Notes: generated from the sequence alone by a model not told the origin. A stretch of DNA of 64,000 bases from Chrysomallon squamiferum (GCA_012295275.1 CM022677.1:13516001-13580000); one strand, 5' to 3'. Numbered from the stretch's first letter, positions 27,491-42,110 are shown. Made by a program: numbers and translations.

Positions 27491-28879
27491 TAGTATTACA
27501 CTAGTAACTTTTATTTTTCAAAATACATAATTATAGTTTATTAATTTATTAATTTAACTAACATTTCAAAAATAGTTATTTACATCCATCAGAATATATT
27601 TTTTGTTTAAACACATGGATAAACGTTTCTGTCTGTCTGTCTAGTTGTTTTTCTGCAAATGTAGATTCAAATACATTATCTGTTTTGGTTCATTAAGAAA
27701 AAGAGGAAAAGAGAAGAAAACAAAACAAAATATGACAACAAAATGAATACCATGTAAATGAAAAATGAAAATAGTGTAAAAGAATAAAAAAAAGGTTTCA
27801 CTATTCGTTGTAAAAATTAAAATAAAATTAAAATGAAAGAAAATATATTTATTTCACACACACACAAACATATGGTGGTAATTTTAAATCCATTTATAAG
27901 AAAAGCAATCCCGTAACATATTTTCAAACTGGGATGTATTACTTTACTGTAAACAAAAAGAAAAATATGTTTAATAAACTTCCATTGTTTATGAAACTGA
28001 AAAGTATTGACATAAACATGATTAGAATCTTACACCATGACTCAAGTTCCTAAAAGTAGAATTTCTTCCTGTTTTGGAGATAAATAATAATATTATTAAT
28101 AAGAGAACATTTATTGTTATACAACGTTATTCTTTTTTTTATCGTTCATCGTTCAAGAGTAAAACGGTCTGGTGCGAGTTGAAGACAGGTTTCGATTACG
28201 GCAGTAGTTTCAGTAACTAAATAAATAAATGACAACCCTTTATAAATATTTTCTGAGGCGAAGACAATATAAAAATATACTAATTTTGTCATTCAGCTGT
28301 ATCATAATAATAATTTTACATGCGATTGCGTTCGCAGCCGGAAAATGACGAATGATACCGAGCAAATCTTTATAACTACCGAAGCATGCTGGACCATGCT
28401 GACATAAATCTACTTATAAGATAATAAACAAAACTGGAGCACATTTTAGAACTGCGATGTAGCAAGATTCTGGTGTAGACTCTGTATTTCTCAATACTCG
28501 GGTTTTCTGTATGAGTAAATACCATCGTTGTTATCACTTACAGCTACCCATATCAACTGTAGTAAAATTTCACCTGTAAATCGCACCATTGTTTTCGCTG
28601 AATATAAATTTATATGTATGAGTTTTTTTCTTTGTTTTTAAAAAATAATAAAATGCAGTGTTATTAATTTAAAAAAGGACATTATCGATATATATATAAT
28701 GAACACGTTAAAAAAAGCACATTAATTTATTTCTCAATTTTTAAAGAAAAATAATACCCTCTCCTCTAGCTCTGACTTCTTTACAGTTTGCTGGTTTTGT
28801 TACGCATAATTATCATATATATCCTGGCTAAGTGCTCTTGAGGAAACTTATTAACTTATCAACTATTAGTCAATGGCAT

Positions 28880-29810
28880 ATGCTACGCAATCTGAACTAC
28901 AGGTAGACCTGAAGAAATGTTTACCAATAGTTATAGCATCCTCTAAACTTAATATTAACGTGAATGCTGACATCCTAATAAACATGTTATTATTACTATT
29001 TTCATTCAGTCTTCACGTGAAAAAAAGAGGTAAATATTCTTGGATCAGACTGGAATCATGTACATCAGGTATCTCTCTTAAGTTAGGAATCTTGTGTCAT
29101 CAACATGTAGTCTCGCATAATCGTCAACATCAAATCTTCTGTAGGCCTGGTCAGGTGAGGGTATTGGTTGTCTTTCACCTATTTCTAAATACCAGTTTAA
29201 TCCTAACCGCCTTATAGTCTCACTTGTGACACCAAATGTAACGGAGGGTGGAAGCAAGCGGTTCTCTTAGCTAACTGTCTAAGGAATAAACAAACAAGAT
29301 GGGGTTTCCAATTAAAGGGCTTTAATACTAGGGGATTCCTGATATAGCAATGTTAACATTTACAACATAGTAACAATGGCGTCTCCAAGGAGGATAAACT
29401 GACAAGGTTCATTAAAAACAAATCATAAAAAAAATTCTACAGTTCCAAACTAAAAAGACCAAACAATACAAAAAAAAAAAAAATAATAATAATAATACAA
29501 AACACACACATACTGGTGTCCCCACCTTCACTAGCAATAGTTTAAGTCCTGCAATGTCTAAGGCCAAAGTGCAACCTTTTGCTCCGAGAACGTCCCCCGA
29601 AATATTTCAGGCAGCAATTGCCATATACGGTCATGTCACATGAAAGTTCCCAATAGGAGGCAGACATCTTACTCTAGCTTGCTAGCACTTACTCCCCACT
29701 AATTACTTTAACACATTACATAATCTGACCTTTACAGAATAGGAAGCAATGGCTATTATTCCTCCATTCTACACACTTCCCTACTTAAAATGTTGTCATC
29801 CTCAGCAACA
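28880..29810 (-). mobile_element. Gypsy LTR (29237-29773, about 537 bp) preceded by a PPT and followed by a PBS and 5' leader
   Basis: Minus strand: gaggatgacaacattttaagtagggaagtg|TGTAGAATGGAGG...CCCTCCGTTACA|tt TGGTGTCACAAGTGAGA (tRNA-Leu-type PBS). The LTR and leader are homologous to 52085-52735 upstream of the gag at 51847. Confidence 0.8.
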
Positions 29811-30334
29811 TAAAACATTTAATAATAATTTTAATTGATACAATAAAATCTCTCATAATTTATCTCTATGACATTAAGAACAACGCCATTATGACGCCAA
29901 CCACGAAAACATTAACATTAAAATAGGATTATCAGGTGGAAAGGTGCCAGGTTAAGGTAATATTCCACATAGAATTTTATAATTAATAGTAATAGTTATA
30001 TCTTTGATTTTATTATGAGAAGTCTAAAATATTGAAAAATATTTAATAATGTATTATTTATATATATATATGTAGAGAGAGAGAGCAGATAGAAGCATTT
30101 TATAGATAGATAGAAAGTCAGAGAGACAGACAGATAGATTGATACATTGAAACACAGAGAGCAGATAGACAAAGACACACACACACTCACACACGCACAC
30201 ACACACACGCACACACACACACACACACACAGAGATATTTATAACAGAACTGGACTTTTGAAACCATTCCGAATTGGTCACATTTAAAAATGTATTTAAA
30301 AATGACAGTAAATTTTGGAATAAATGATGAAATA

Positions 30335-31040
30335 CAGTATACCCTCACCTGTTCGCGGTTCCCCATTCGCGGCCCCGCATATTCGCGGGTTAGGCTCTTA
30401 ACCCTATCGCATCGTATGCTGGTATACCAGGCGAGCGTCATAACGTCATAAAAACAAATGCTCGGTAAACCGCACAAACAATATCAAATTTTTTCAATTA
30501 TTATTGCAATACAGTACGTATTTTTTTTATAAATGCATACACTGTATGTACAGTGCATATTTTTTGTGACCGTGTATTAATAATGTTTTTAATTGCACAT
30601 TATTACTGAATTGTATTATTATTACCTGAACTGTGCGTACTGTATTTATCTGTCTGTTTGCCTTTAAATTTGTTCCACTTTCTGTCAATTCTAATACATA
30701 TGTTGTACGCATAGAAAATGACTTTAAGGTACAGTAATACAGTATGGGTAACTATGCTATGCGGTGTTACTGTCCTCCTGTACTTACATTTCTTTCTGAT
30801 TAAAATATTGTTTCAGTACAAAATTAAAATGTGTTTACATTATCATTACTACATTAGTGAAATACATAACTGCATGCAATATTACTACATTATTACTGTA
30901 TTAATGAATAAGAGTGTCTTTAGAAAGTGTTTGGGAACCATTTTACCGTATATAATCTCATAATAGACGTTTTAAAACTGCATCCAAATGTTTTTCTATT
31001 GCGGGGAAGAACGTAAATTTTGGTAAATGAGGGAATACTG
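30335..31040. mobile_element. Non-autonomous Tc1/mariner (pogo/Tigger-like) MITE, 706 bp
   Basis: TA|CAGTATACCCTCA ... TGAGGGAATACTG|TA: terminal inverted repeats with a TA target-site duplication. Subterminal ttcgcgg repeats at the left end. Confidence 0.85.
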
Positions 31041-32685
31041 TATTTTTAATATTTGATATGCAGAATTGGCAAAAGAAATTACCTTGAAAGACTGAGTATA
31101 TTGAAATGTCTTGTGTATTCTTAGCTTTTTAGGAATTATTTTACTATTAATATGTCATTGATAATCCAAACAAACAGCTTTCTGTCCACTGGTCTATCCC
31201 TATGTCCATCCACCATAATGCTTTCTCTAAAATGTCCCTGTTTGTATATCTTCCTGTGTGTGTGTGTCTGCTGTCTGTCTTTGAATAGACTAGGTTTCAG
31301 AGAGCAAAACACATTTATCTATCTACCTACATATGGATGAATAAATGTTATCTCTGTCTCTTAACCTCTCCTTTCTCTCTCAATCAGTCAGTCAGTCAAG
31401 CAATGGGACTGACTGTCTGTCAAATTACATATCATCATAATTTATCAAATCTAAAAAACAAATTTTTTGGGAGAATGCAATATTTTCACTTATATTAATT
31501 TGCACACAACAGTTTTTATTCATCTATTCTATCAGTCTAAAACACATGTTCTAAATCTGTCTTTCTAGGTTATAAATTACACAAACCAATTTACTGTCAG
31601 CCAGTGTGTATATCTTTATCTATCTATAAAACACATACACAAACATAATTAACTCTAATTCACATACTCCCATCCTATCTCGCTAAAACATTAACACACT
31701 AACACTTTCTTCCTCACACACATATCAGCATAGCTCTCTACATATCTCTGATCTATCTGTATGTCTATCATCTATATCTCATCCTCTCTGTCAGTCTCTC
31801 TCACTAATTGTATATCCCTCTCATTATACATATCTCTCTGTTTGTCAGTCTATCAAACTTCCAGTCCATCTTTTCATCTATCTCTCTCTCAAAAATACAT
31901 ACATATTCTTGCACACACATTATGCATATATACCCATTTTCTCTCAGTAATAAGAAAACACATATTCAAACACATACACACATACATATCTAACACACTT
32001 AGCTAGATCAATGAAGGAGGGATACAGGCAAATACAGAAGGATGAAATGGTCTTTGTCCTCCCAGTATTGGTGAATTTACTTTGACAATATTTTTATTTT
32101 TGAAGAACTTCATTCACTTGGTGTTAACACTGTCAGTGTGTATTGAAGCAGATTTTGATGGATTGTTCTCATTTACAATCTTTTAAACATCCGCTTTTTC
32201 AAAATATGGTCTTATCTTGATCCTTTTACCACTTTATTCTATATACATAATGAACTGCTTCTAACTTAGTTCTCAGCAGACATGGATTTCACTCAACATG
32301 CACATCAGGATCCACAGAACTCACTGAAAATTTACATGAAGCATTTAATAAAGATCAGTAACTCAATGTACATCATATTGAATCTTAAAATATTTATTTG
32401 TCAAAATAAATGTATTTTTTAAAAATACATTTCTATTAACGGTTTACACTTTGTAAAATGTAAATATTTGTCATTTTACTTTAAAGAGTAATTAGTGATA
32501 TTAGAGTGATTATGTGAAATACTGATTTGTCTTCACAGACATCTTATAAAGTACACACAAAACACACTCTATGCTGTCACACAATTAGAACAAAATATTT
32601 TATATATCAAAAAATAATTAAATAAATAAATAAATAAATAAATAAGTAAATAAATAAATAAAAACAAATAAATAAATAAATAAAA

Positions 32686-33249
32686 TGATAGTGACAGGCC
32701 AGGAGTTGGTTCATTTAGCTTGGAAACAGGATATTTGAGCTAAACACAAAGTGTTTAATAAACAAGTGTTTAGCAGGCTGATAATCAACAACTCCACCTA
32801 GTGTTTCATATACGCATACACACATACATACACACATACATACACACACATACGTACACACACCTATACACACATACATACACACACATATATATACATG
32901 TATATGTATATATATATATAGTATATGTATCTGTGTTGTTTGTGTATGTGTATGTATGTATGTTTATATTTGTATAGGTGTGTATGTATGTATGTGTGTA
33001 TATATGTGTGTGTGTATGTATGTGTGTATATATGTATGTATATGTATGTGTATGTATGTGTCTGTATATGTATGTGTGTATATATGTGTGTGTATATATG
33101 TGTGTATGTGTGTGTGTATGTGTATATGAAACACTGGGTGGAGTTGTTGATTATCAACCTGCTAAACACTTGTTTATTAAACACTTTGTGTTTAGCTCAA
33201 ATATCCTGTTTCCAAGCTAAATGAACCAACTACTGGCCTGTCACTATCA
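32686..33249. repeat. Fold-back inverted repeat: 128-bp arms around a mirrored CA/TA-TG microsatellite
   Basis: 32686-32813 is the reverse complement of 33122-33249 with 3 mismatches by manual comparison. The outer (AAAT)n/(ATTT)n tracts and inner microsatellites are also complementary. Confidence 0.95.
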
Positions 33250-33251
33250 TT

Positions 33252-33282
<31 letters not shown>

Positions 33283-33616
33283 TTTTAAATAAATCATAAA
33301 ATAAATCATAAATCATAACACATACATAATTTTACACTCACATATAATGGGTAGGCTACAGACAAACAGTCTCACATAAATACATGTACAAATGCACATG
33401 AACAAATACATATACAACATATACCCCACTTTCATACATATAGACACAAAGTACACAAATAATCTCATATTTACTATTACTGTAATACACATGCACATTC
33501 ATGTGCTTATATGCAGAAAAATATACACACATAAACAGTCATGTTTTAATCTAGTCACATATTCATATAGACAGACAAATACTCACCAACAATAACTTGT
33601 CTATACACATATGGAA

Positions 33617-33648
<32 letters not shown>

Positions 33649-34061
33649 ATACACACACACACAGACACAAATACTCACACAAAGACACTGGATGTGTAAA
33701 AAGATGATAAATTAAAGGATAAATGAACAGACACATAATAAAATATTACAGTAATGACTTTTATTCTCAGATGATCTAAACAGACTACAAACTAATCAGT
33801 GTTTCAGTGTAAACTAACACTGCATGTCTCTCTGTACACCAACTTAAACTACTAAGTCAAAGTTTACCATTCTACCTCTTGTTATCAATATAACATTACC
33901 TCAAGTCTTTAACATTCTTAATAAAAAAACACATTTAATCTGGAAACCCTTTCTGTATTTTTTCTATTTATACTCATTACTCCTAGTCAAAGACTGTCAT
34001 TACATAATATTAACAATAATAATAATTGTAATAATAATAATAATAGTAAAATAATAGTAGC

Positions 34062-34108
<47 letters not shown>

Positions 34109-34250
34109 TAATAATAATAAGAGTAATAGTAATAATAATTGCAATAGTAATAATAATAATAATAATGACAATGATAATGATATGATAATAATAATTGCCT
34201 TTTCTTTTCATTAAAATGAAATTTCAAACTACCAAGTAAAGACCTGCACA

Positions 34251-34281
<31 letters not shown>

Positions 34282-35409
34282 GCACATGCATATATACACA
34301 CATGACCACAAACACTTAGATACTTTTAATTTATGACTTTGTTATTTAACAACAAAATGAATGAACATTTGCTAGTACATGAAATGAAACATTTGGATGT
34401 GAATTCTTTTTCTTCTCTAATATGTAAACTAATAAAAACAAATTAATATAAATACAGATTCTTTGTAAGAGCCCCCATCCGACATTTTTTTTTTTAAATC
34501 AAAAAGTTTTGTTTACATTAGAGCTACAATATATGGAACTTTAATCCATAATGTATCAAAGAATTTGTATTAAATTTTAGGATTAACAGAATTATTGTTT
34601 CTCACTTTTAATACAACACAAGACAAATATTGAATAATAATATTTCTTGTAATATACATATAAAGTTGTATAAAGAGGAATCAATATAAACATGTAGGTA
34701 TGTTCCAAGAACACTATATTTCAACATGTATCTGTTAATCTGTGATAAATAATTAAAATATTTCCAGTGGATTCTATAAAAACAGGACGCTGTTGGGTAA
34801 TGCCATTTTAGACTGCAGAAAGAAAGAGAAAGAACACATGACTGAAATAATTTACTTTTCATATGTAAAAATAAAACTACAAGCAGAATAATTTTCATAC
34901 AGTAAGGATGATAAAATTAGAAACACAGATATTTACAATCAGACATAGTATTTTCATGTATATCTTCAAATGTCTGTCAAATGACTTAATGTCAACAAAA
35001 ATAATGTTTATTTTTTTGTTATAAACAAATTCTAATTATCCCTAATTACATAATTTTAAATATATTTATACAATGATTACCCCCAGCAACCCTTGATTTT
35101 CCCTGATTTAAAATATGACAAAGAAAAAAAAAGAGAAAATTATAAAAAAAAGATTTTTGATCAGTTTCTTCTTTTTTTTTTATAAAAAATTCTAATTACT
35201 GTAATTACCTAATTTTAAATATATTTACATTGATTATCCCAGCAAACCCTTCATTTTCTCCGATTTAAATAATACAAAAATTATTTAAAAATTTAACACC
35301 TCTATGCACTATCGCATTAATTTTAGCTTATATAGAAAAATGGTGTTCCATAGCAATGATGAATCTCTATTCCTCTTTCAGTGATAAAAATTAGAATAAC
35401 CAAGCACAC

Positions 35410-37081
35410 CTCAATAATAAAAACAGTGCAAGCTGCTATGAAGTACAATGTGAACACTGGATGTTCTGATCACATGACAATGCAGTCTCTTGAAGTCCAC
35501 TGAGTTTTTGAAATTCAAATAACATTTCTGACAGATTTTCTCTTGAAAGTGTTGAGCTTTCTCTGGCAGAGAAGACTGTGATGTAATAGCATTCTTGTGC
35601 TCTAGTTAACCTTTTCTGAAAATGGGTCTTACAACATTTTCAACTGAAGTGCTGGCTAAGGCAGCTTGAATCTGTTGTCTAGGATCCTACAACAAAATAT
35701 AATATTCATCAATAAACTAAACATAAAATAAAGTGCAAGTAGTATTTTTCTTGTCAGTTCTAACTGCATTTCACTGTCTTAGCAAGAAGACTTGTAGTCC
35801 ACATTTTTGTTTTATCCATACAATATTAATAATAAAAAATATTTTATTAAATGTTTTTATATTCTTAATTTGAATCAGTTTAATATTATTTTTTAACTTT
35901 GATATAAAAGGACTAAAATAGCAATACATCAGTAAAAGAGATTATGAAAAATATTTTTAAATTATTTGAATAATTCTGTAACTTCGTCAACTTTGGTTTT
36001 TCAATACTGATTTTCCACTTGAAATTCTAACATGATGAAAATACATTTGAGATTATTCTGACAATCTTTAATTAACAATGAACAATCGTGATAGTTACAT
36101 CATAAACAACAACTGATTTGATTAATTAAAATAATTAATATTTACTTTTTGCTGCTTATGAAATATATTTTGTCTTATAAATAACCACATTAGTCAGCTA
36201 ATAGTTACAATAATGGATCATTTAGGTATATTTTAAAATGTATTTAAAACAAAGACAACATTACACATGTATGAGATAAAATAAGAAAAGAGGCTAAATC
36301 TTTCAAGCTATTTTATGCATCTTTCAAATCCAGCAAAATTACATCCATACACCAAATTTTTAAATATTATAAATATCTTTAGCCCCACCACATAAAGTAT
36401 TAAATGTATTTCAGATTAGAGTGAAGTATTAATAAAAGTAAATTACAAATTTATACTATTGTTCTGTTCACTACTCTATTAGGCTGACATGCAAATTATT
36501 ACAAGGTTTGTTGAACTATTATTACATTGATTCGACTACTATCTAAACTAAATAACATTTACAATATCAAGATCCTTTATGAAACATTTATATAAAATTA
36601 TTAATACTATTCTGTACATTAAAATAAATTGTTGGCATATGCTACTTTTGATTAAATTAATTCTTAATGAAATGAGCTATAAAACACAAAAGGGAATGAA
36701 TAAAACAAACCTTTAGAGCAGCATTCAATCCACACATAGACATGGATCTTTCAGAACCTGGAGCAAAAAAATCAAAATAAATAAAATAAAACAACAGTTG
36801 TACATATTATATTTTTAATTAAAAAAACAAAACAAAAAAGTCCACATCTACTACAACAATTTTTTTGTTTTTAAATACTGCAACTTTCACCTTATAAATT
36901 GTCTTCTTTAAAGTTAAGGAACTAATACAAAATTGCATTTTACTTTTTCAGTTATTAAATTTGTAAAATTCATAGATTGTTGACTAAGAATTGCTAATAA
37001 CATTACTTATTTCTGTTCAATTGCTGCCAAAAGGTTTTTGCACTGACATTAACTGTTTCCTGAAATTAAACAATTATTTTG

Positions 37082-37119
<38 letters not shown>

Positions 37120-39358
37120 TAAAAAAAAACACCAAAAAACCCAAACACAATGCCATCCTTAATTAAGTACATCAGTGACAACAAAGATATGTATTAATTC
37201 TTAAGATCTTTCAATTCACCTCAATTTCTATATAAATGTCATTATCATCTTTGTCAGTTAAAGAGGTGAATGGAAAAAGATAAGACAGTGTAAACCCACT
37301 GTTTGATCTTTCTTATGTGATCAACACTAACGTTTTCAACATAAGTAATAATTACTTCCATTGTACAACTGAGTCTCATCTCCTACAAAAACATACAATT
37401 ATATTTGAACTGATTTTACTTGTAGAATTCTCTGGTTATTAATTATTACTACTTTTATATATAAATAAATAAAAAATAAACAAATATAAAAATAAGTAAA
37501 ATGAAGTAAGAAGACAGCGGAAACATAGAGAAAATATTTTGCATAGAATTTTGTGAAAGACAGATGAATTATTTAAAACTGAAATAAAATGGAAAAGTTT
37601 ACAATGAATAATGTATTTAAATACCTGCTGAACAGCACCAAATACTTCAACTCTACTGGAGACTCAAGCTGCTCTTTGTTCCAAAATGTCAATTCAAATT
37701 TGTATTTATCAACAATTTTTTGAATATTTTTATCCTTAACAAGCTGATTTAACTTCTGAAAATAAACAGTTTAAATCCACAGTTTGGTATATTGGTTTCT
37801 TCAGTTCCTATAAATACATGATGAAAGATCTGAATGTCATTCAGTAAATACTGACATTTCCTTGTTATTAAACAATTCAATAAATTAAATCAGCACGAAC
37901 CAATATAATTATAGTAAACTAAAAATTGAAATATAACCTTTTTTAAATATTTTGTTTTGTATTATAATGGGATTTAATGATGCTAAAACAGAATTTTTCA
38001 TTCAGAAACACCTTTAACAAAATTAATATAGATCTGTTTTTTCTTTATGAACTGATTTAATGATACCTCAACATCATTCCTTAAGTCACGTAGTTCTTGT
38101 GAGTTAGAAATGAAACTGTTTTGATTACTCCTAGTACAAACATAAGCTAAAAAGAATAAAACAATGCTAATGGAAGTATACTAAGTCACCTGCTGCTCAA
38201 CTTCCAGGTTTTTGTCTTTGCCACTGTCACACACAGCAATCACAGTCATCTGCCAAGTGGTTTCACTTTAATGTTTTTCTTTGCCTGGTTTTAGTCCATT
38301 CAAGATTTTCAAGTTTTTCTCCTGATATTTAACTGCTGAGATTGGTGACCTGGTGTAAGACTCTCCAACTCAAGAATTGTTGACATGGTCGGCTTCAATG
38401 TCCAGGTCACCAAAACTGAGCTTTTCATCAGCAGAACTTTGAACAACTCTGAGTCAGAGTCACATTGGTGGGCACACTGCCTAGTTTGAGTAAATAAATA
38501 ATTAAATAAACCAATAAATAAAATACTGTAAAAAATATAAAATAAATAAAATACTGCTACTACTACATTTACTGCACCTACTATACTACTTTTATTACCA
38601 TCATCACTGTAACTAATATTTACTATTATTCCTTATTCATCTAGGGTTTCTGTTATTTTTTACTCTCTTCACTATTACTTCTATGCCTGAATTTCTTTAT
38701 ACTAACATTATTATAATTACTACAACAACAATTATGACTACTGTTACTACTACTATCACTGCTGCTGTTACTCTACTCTTCTTGTTACATTTATCATTTC
38801 TCTAAAAACAACTATTATTAGTACTGCTACTACTACTACTACCACCACTATTTTACCAGGTTGTCCTCCAGGTGCTGTCAGTTTAATCAGGAAGCTGTCT
38901 GCAACTGAAGGGAGACAATTACAAGATGATTCAATTTTCTTCCCTGACTTCTTAACAGTGAGACCTTAAAATTAATTAAGTTTATATAAATAATATAAAA
39001 TGAAAACACAATAACAGCATTAACAATAATAAACCCTTTTGCTTAGTATTCCTTCTTTTTTCTTATTTTTACAATTGGATTCCTTAGGTTAGAGTTAGGG
39101 TAAGGACTAGTGTTAGGAGTAGTGTTAGGGAAAGGACAAGAGTAAGCATTATGTTTAGGCTATTTATTTATTTATTATTGATTCTTTTTTATTATGTTTA
39201 TTGTTCTTTTTTTTAAAAAGAATTTATTTATTACCAATGGCAGGAACGTTCTTCCATTTCATTTTCTTTTGGATTTTTCTTCTGGTTGTTAAGATACAAC
39301 TTTGTAAATGGTGATGACTTCCCAACAACTGATAACATTGACAACAATCCCTCCTTCC
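35410..39358 (-). pseudogene. IRAG1/IRAG2: IRAG/MRVI1/LRMP-family gene fragment, copy B (most complete coiled-coil exon series)
   Basis: Ordered exons: about 39234-39358, 38857-38903, 38190-38480, 37625-37755 (IDILEQRAA*VSSRVEVFGAVQQ), 37300-37382 (EMRLSCTMEVIITYVENV), 37011-37059, 36711-36757 (SERSMSMCG, cf. IRAG1 RSMSL) and one starting at about 35686. Multiple stops and frameshifts. Confidence 0.78.
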
Positions 39359-39581
39359 CTGATAGGAAAAAAATATTAATAAAAAAATGTTTAAAAATCT
39401 TGAATTTCGAATTTAAAATGTGAGGAAGCAGCAACTGTTCCTACTGCACCTCTTTTAAAACTACATAGCTGCTATTATTATTATTACTACTGCTACTACT
39501 ACAATTACAGCTATAATAATTCCTTTACTACATTAGCTTTTATTATCACTACCCTACTATGTTAGCTATTATTATTATTAC

Positions 39582-39641
<60 letters not shown>

Positions 39642-39642
<1 letters not shown>

Positions 39643-42110
39643 GTGAAGGACTGAACTAAAAGCACAATCTAAAGATACATCCTTAACATGTCTGAGGTTT
39701 ATTTCTGGTTGTTTACATGTAAAGTACTTGGGAAATTCCTCCAAGACACCTGGGACATTAAACTATGGTAAACACTATCACTGGTGTATTCTTAAGGAAT
39801 CCAGGACAGTAACAGTCTGCCAGTATTGGTCAGGGGTGTGAAATTTTATCTGTGTGACTGTGGTGAAAGTGAGTTCAAGAGAGAAGAGAGAATATCAGGC
39901 AAGGAAGCAAGCTGTTTGAGATCATTACAATTACTATACTTTTATAAGATTATATTGTTATTGTGTATCATGAAGTATAAATAGGCAGAGAAAATAAAGA
40001 TATAACTGAAATGGAACTTGTGTAGTTTTTGTTTGAGGGTGCTGTATGACATAAAGTGTGTGGTGGATAAGCACTGACATCATCAGGATAATTAACAGAT
40101 TGATTCTGTGATTGTGTTGCTATTTTGTTGTCTTTCTTCACTTTTTGTTTAAATGTAAATTGTCATTACATAAACAATGAAAGGTAGGTGACTGTGAAAT
40201 GTTTGAGTGTGAACAAATGACAAGTGAGAGTTTAATATTACTTAAAGATTTATTATTAATTAACTGAACTATACTGGCATTCCCTCAATTAAACTGTTTT
40301 AACTCTATAATATGTAAGCAAAAACTGATATGAGTCACTGGGGATTAATGGGGAAATTGTAAAAATTATGATCTGAGGAATCTCCCTATAATCGCATAAA
40401 GAGGTGTGGCCTATACAGTAAAGCTGAATTTCACATGACCAGTTATTTACATGTGTGGACCCAGTAATGGTCAGTGATGGTCAGTAGCCTGGGCTTAGAC
40501 AACCATGTGAGGTAAACAGCCCTGAGTGGAAGCAGTTAAGTGCATCTGGAGTAAATTTAAAATAAAATTGTTGGAGAGAACAGTTATGATCTGATAGTTA
40601 AAACTTTAAATACTAAAAGAAAGTTAGTAGAATAAATGATTTTGGTATTTCACTTAGTGTGTAATAATGAATTCCAAGTAAAGTAAATTTGCGTTTAAAA
40701 AAAACTAATTTAAATAAAAGTTTAAACTGACAGATATATATAATACTGGCTGCTGGCATGATCATGGCATAACTTGCTTTTTGTAATATATCACTGAATT
40801 CCCAGCTGACTTTAATTTATAAAGCTTTGCAAAATGATGAAAACTAAAAAGCTAAAAGATCAGGTGGCAGAGTTGCAGGCTGCTTTTTGTAATATATCAC
40901 TGAATTCCCAGCTGACTTTAATTTATAAAGCTTTGCAAAATGGTGAAAGCTAAAAACTAAAAAGCTAAAAGATCAGGTGGCAGAGTTGCAGGATGCTTTA
41001 CAGGAAGAAATAGCTGTGACTCAATTACATAATGAGGAAATGCTGAGTCATATACAAGGTGAAAGCACTTAACCTGTTTATTTTATATCGGAAACGAGAT
41101 AAAGGTGAGTAAATTTAATGGGTCAGACAATGGACTCAAATTTAGAGATTTTCAGGATCAGGTAGAAATGATATTTCTACATCAGAGCCTTGCAGAAAAG
41201 GAGCAGGCTAGTTTTATATTAGCTCACTTGAGTGAAAGAAGGTGAAGTGAAATACCCTCCTGTTTGCTTTAGTTCAACAGCCCTTGCCATTTCACTATGG
41301 ATTGCACTAGAAACAGGCAGAGAGATTTTCCCAGATGTAGGTGGATAAGTAGAAGAGGAGGAAATCAGTACACCAGGGGTACAATCAGCAACAACTTTGC
41401 TCCACTTGGTACTGAGCTCCTTGCAAGTCAATGATGGCTCTTCCTTAAGGCTGCCAGTGAATTCGATATTCCCTGCTGAGCAGTACTATTACAAGAGCAG
41501 AAGGGTCAAAGGAAAGTAATTCCATATGCAAGCCGGTGCTTAAGACCCAGTGAAAGGAACATGAATAATTACAGTTCCATGACATTAGAGCTTGTTGCTC
41601 TGAAATGGGTTGTGTCTGAAAAGTTTAAAGATTATCTCTTCAGATACAAATTTACCGTCTATACAGACAACAATCCACTAAGTCATCTTGGTACCACACA
41701 ATTAAGTGCTGTGGAACAGAGATGGGTGACTCAGCTGGCAGCAGTTGATTTTGATGTGAAATATTCAGCACAACACAATAAGAATGCTGATGGTCTATCC
41801 AGAAAATTTCATGGAATGATGTCTACTTCAGTGGAAGCTGCTTTGAGATACTGCTAGTAGTACAGAAGTTCCACAGACAATGAGACAATTTCTAAACAGT
41901 CACAGCTGAACAGTTTAATGAAACTATGGAAGCCATAACCATCTACTGTTCAGAAGTTAATAAAGAGACTGCTGCATTACATGGCTAGAGGTAGGAAACA
42001 GTTCAGAGCTGAGAGGAAATTAGAAGAATCTGAATCTGACAAAGGGACAGATTATTTCTTGAAAACAGTGTACTGTACAGAAAAATAAAGAACCACAATT
42101 TGGGGAGTAT
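39642..42110 (+). mobile_element. Decayed Ty3/Gypsy element, copy B (paralog of 1630-4545)
   Basis: The LTR begins TGTGAAGG directly after a (TTA)n run and is colinear with copy A. Gag start MVKTKKLKDQVAELQ, RNase H AVLLQEQ..KVIPYASRCLRPSERNMNNYSSMTLELVALKWVVSEKFKDYL..YTDNNPLSHL, and pre-integrase RDRLFLENSVLYRKIK. Confidence 0.92.

Noticed and set aside
32040-32390. LINE reverse-transcriptase remnant (RHGFH..ELTENLHEAFNK); similar hints at about 43560-43950 and 61380-61460
   Set aside because: The motif similarity is too short and decayed to support without a search.
32864-34311. ORFs rich in Y/H/T/I/C/V or poly-Ile/Tyr/Leu (also 14248-14678, 29996-30281, 47000-47312)
   Set aside because: Translations of microsatellites.
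40776-41000. About 105-bp tandem duplication of the gag start in copy B
   Set aside because: Real, but an ordinary microhomology (gcttt) slippage event within a dead element.
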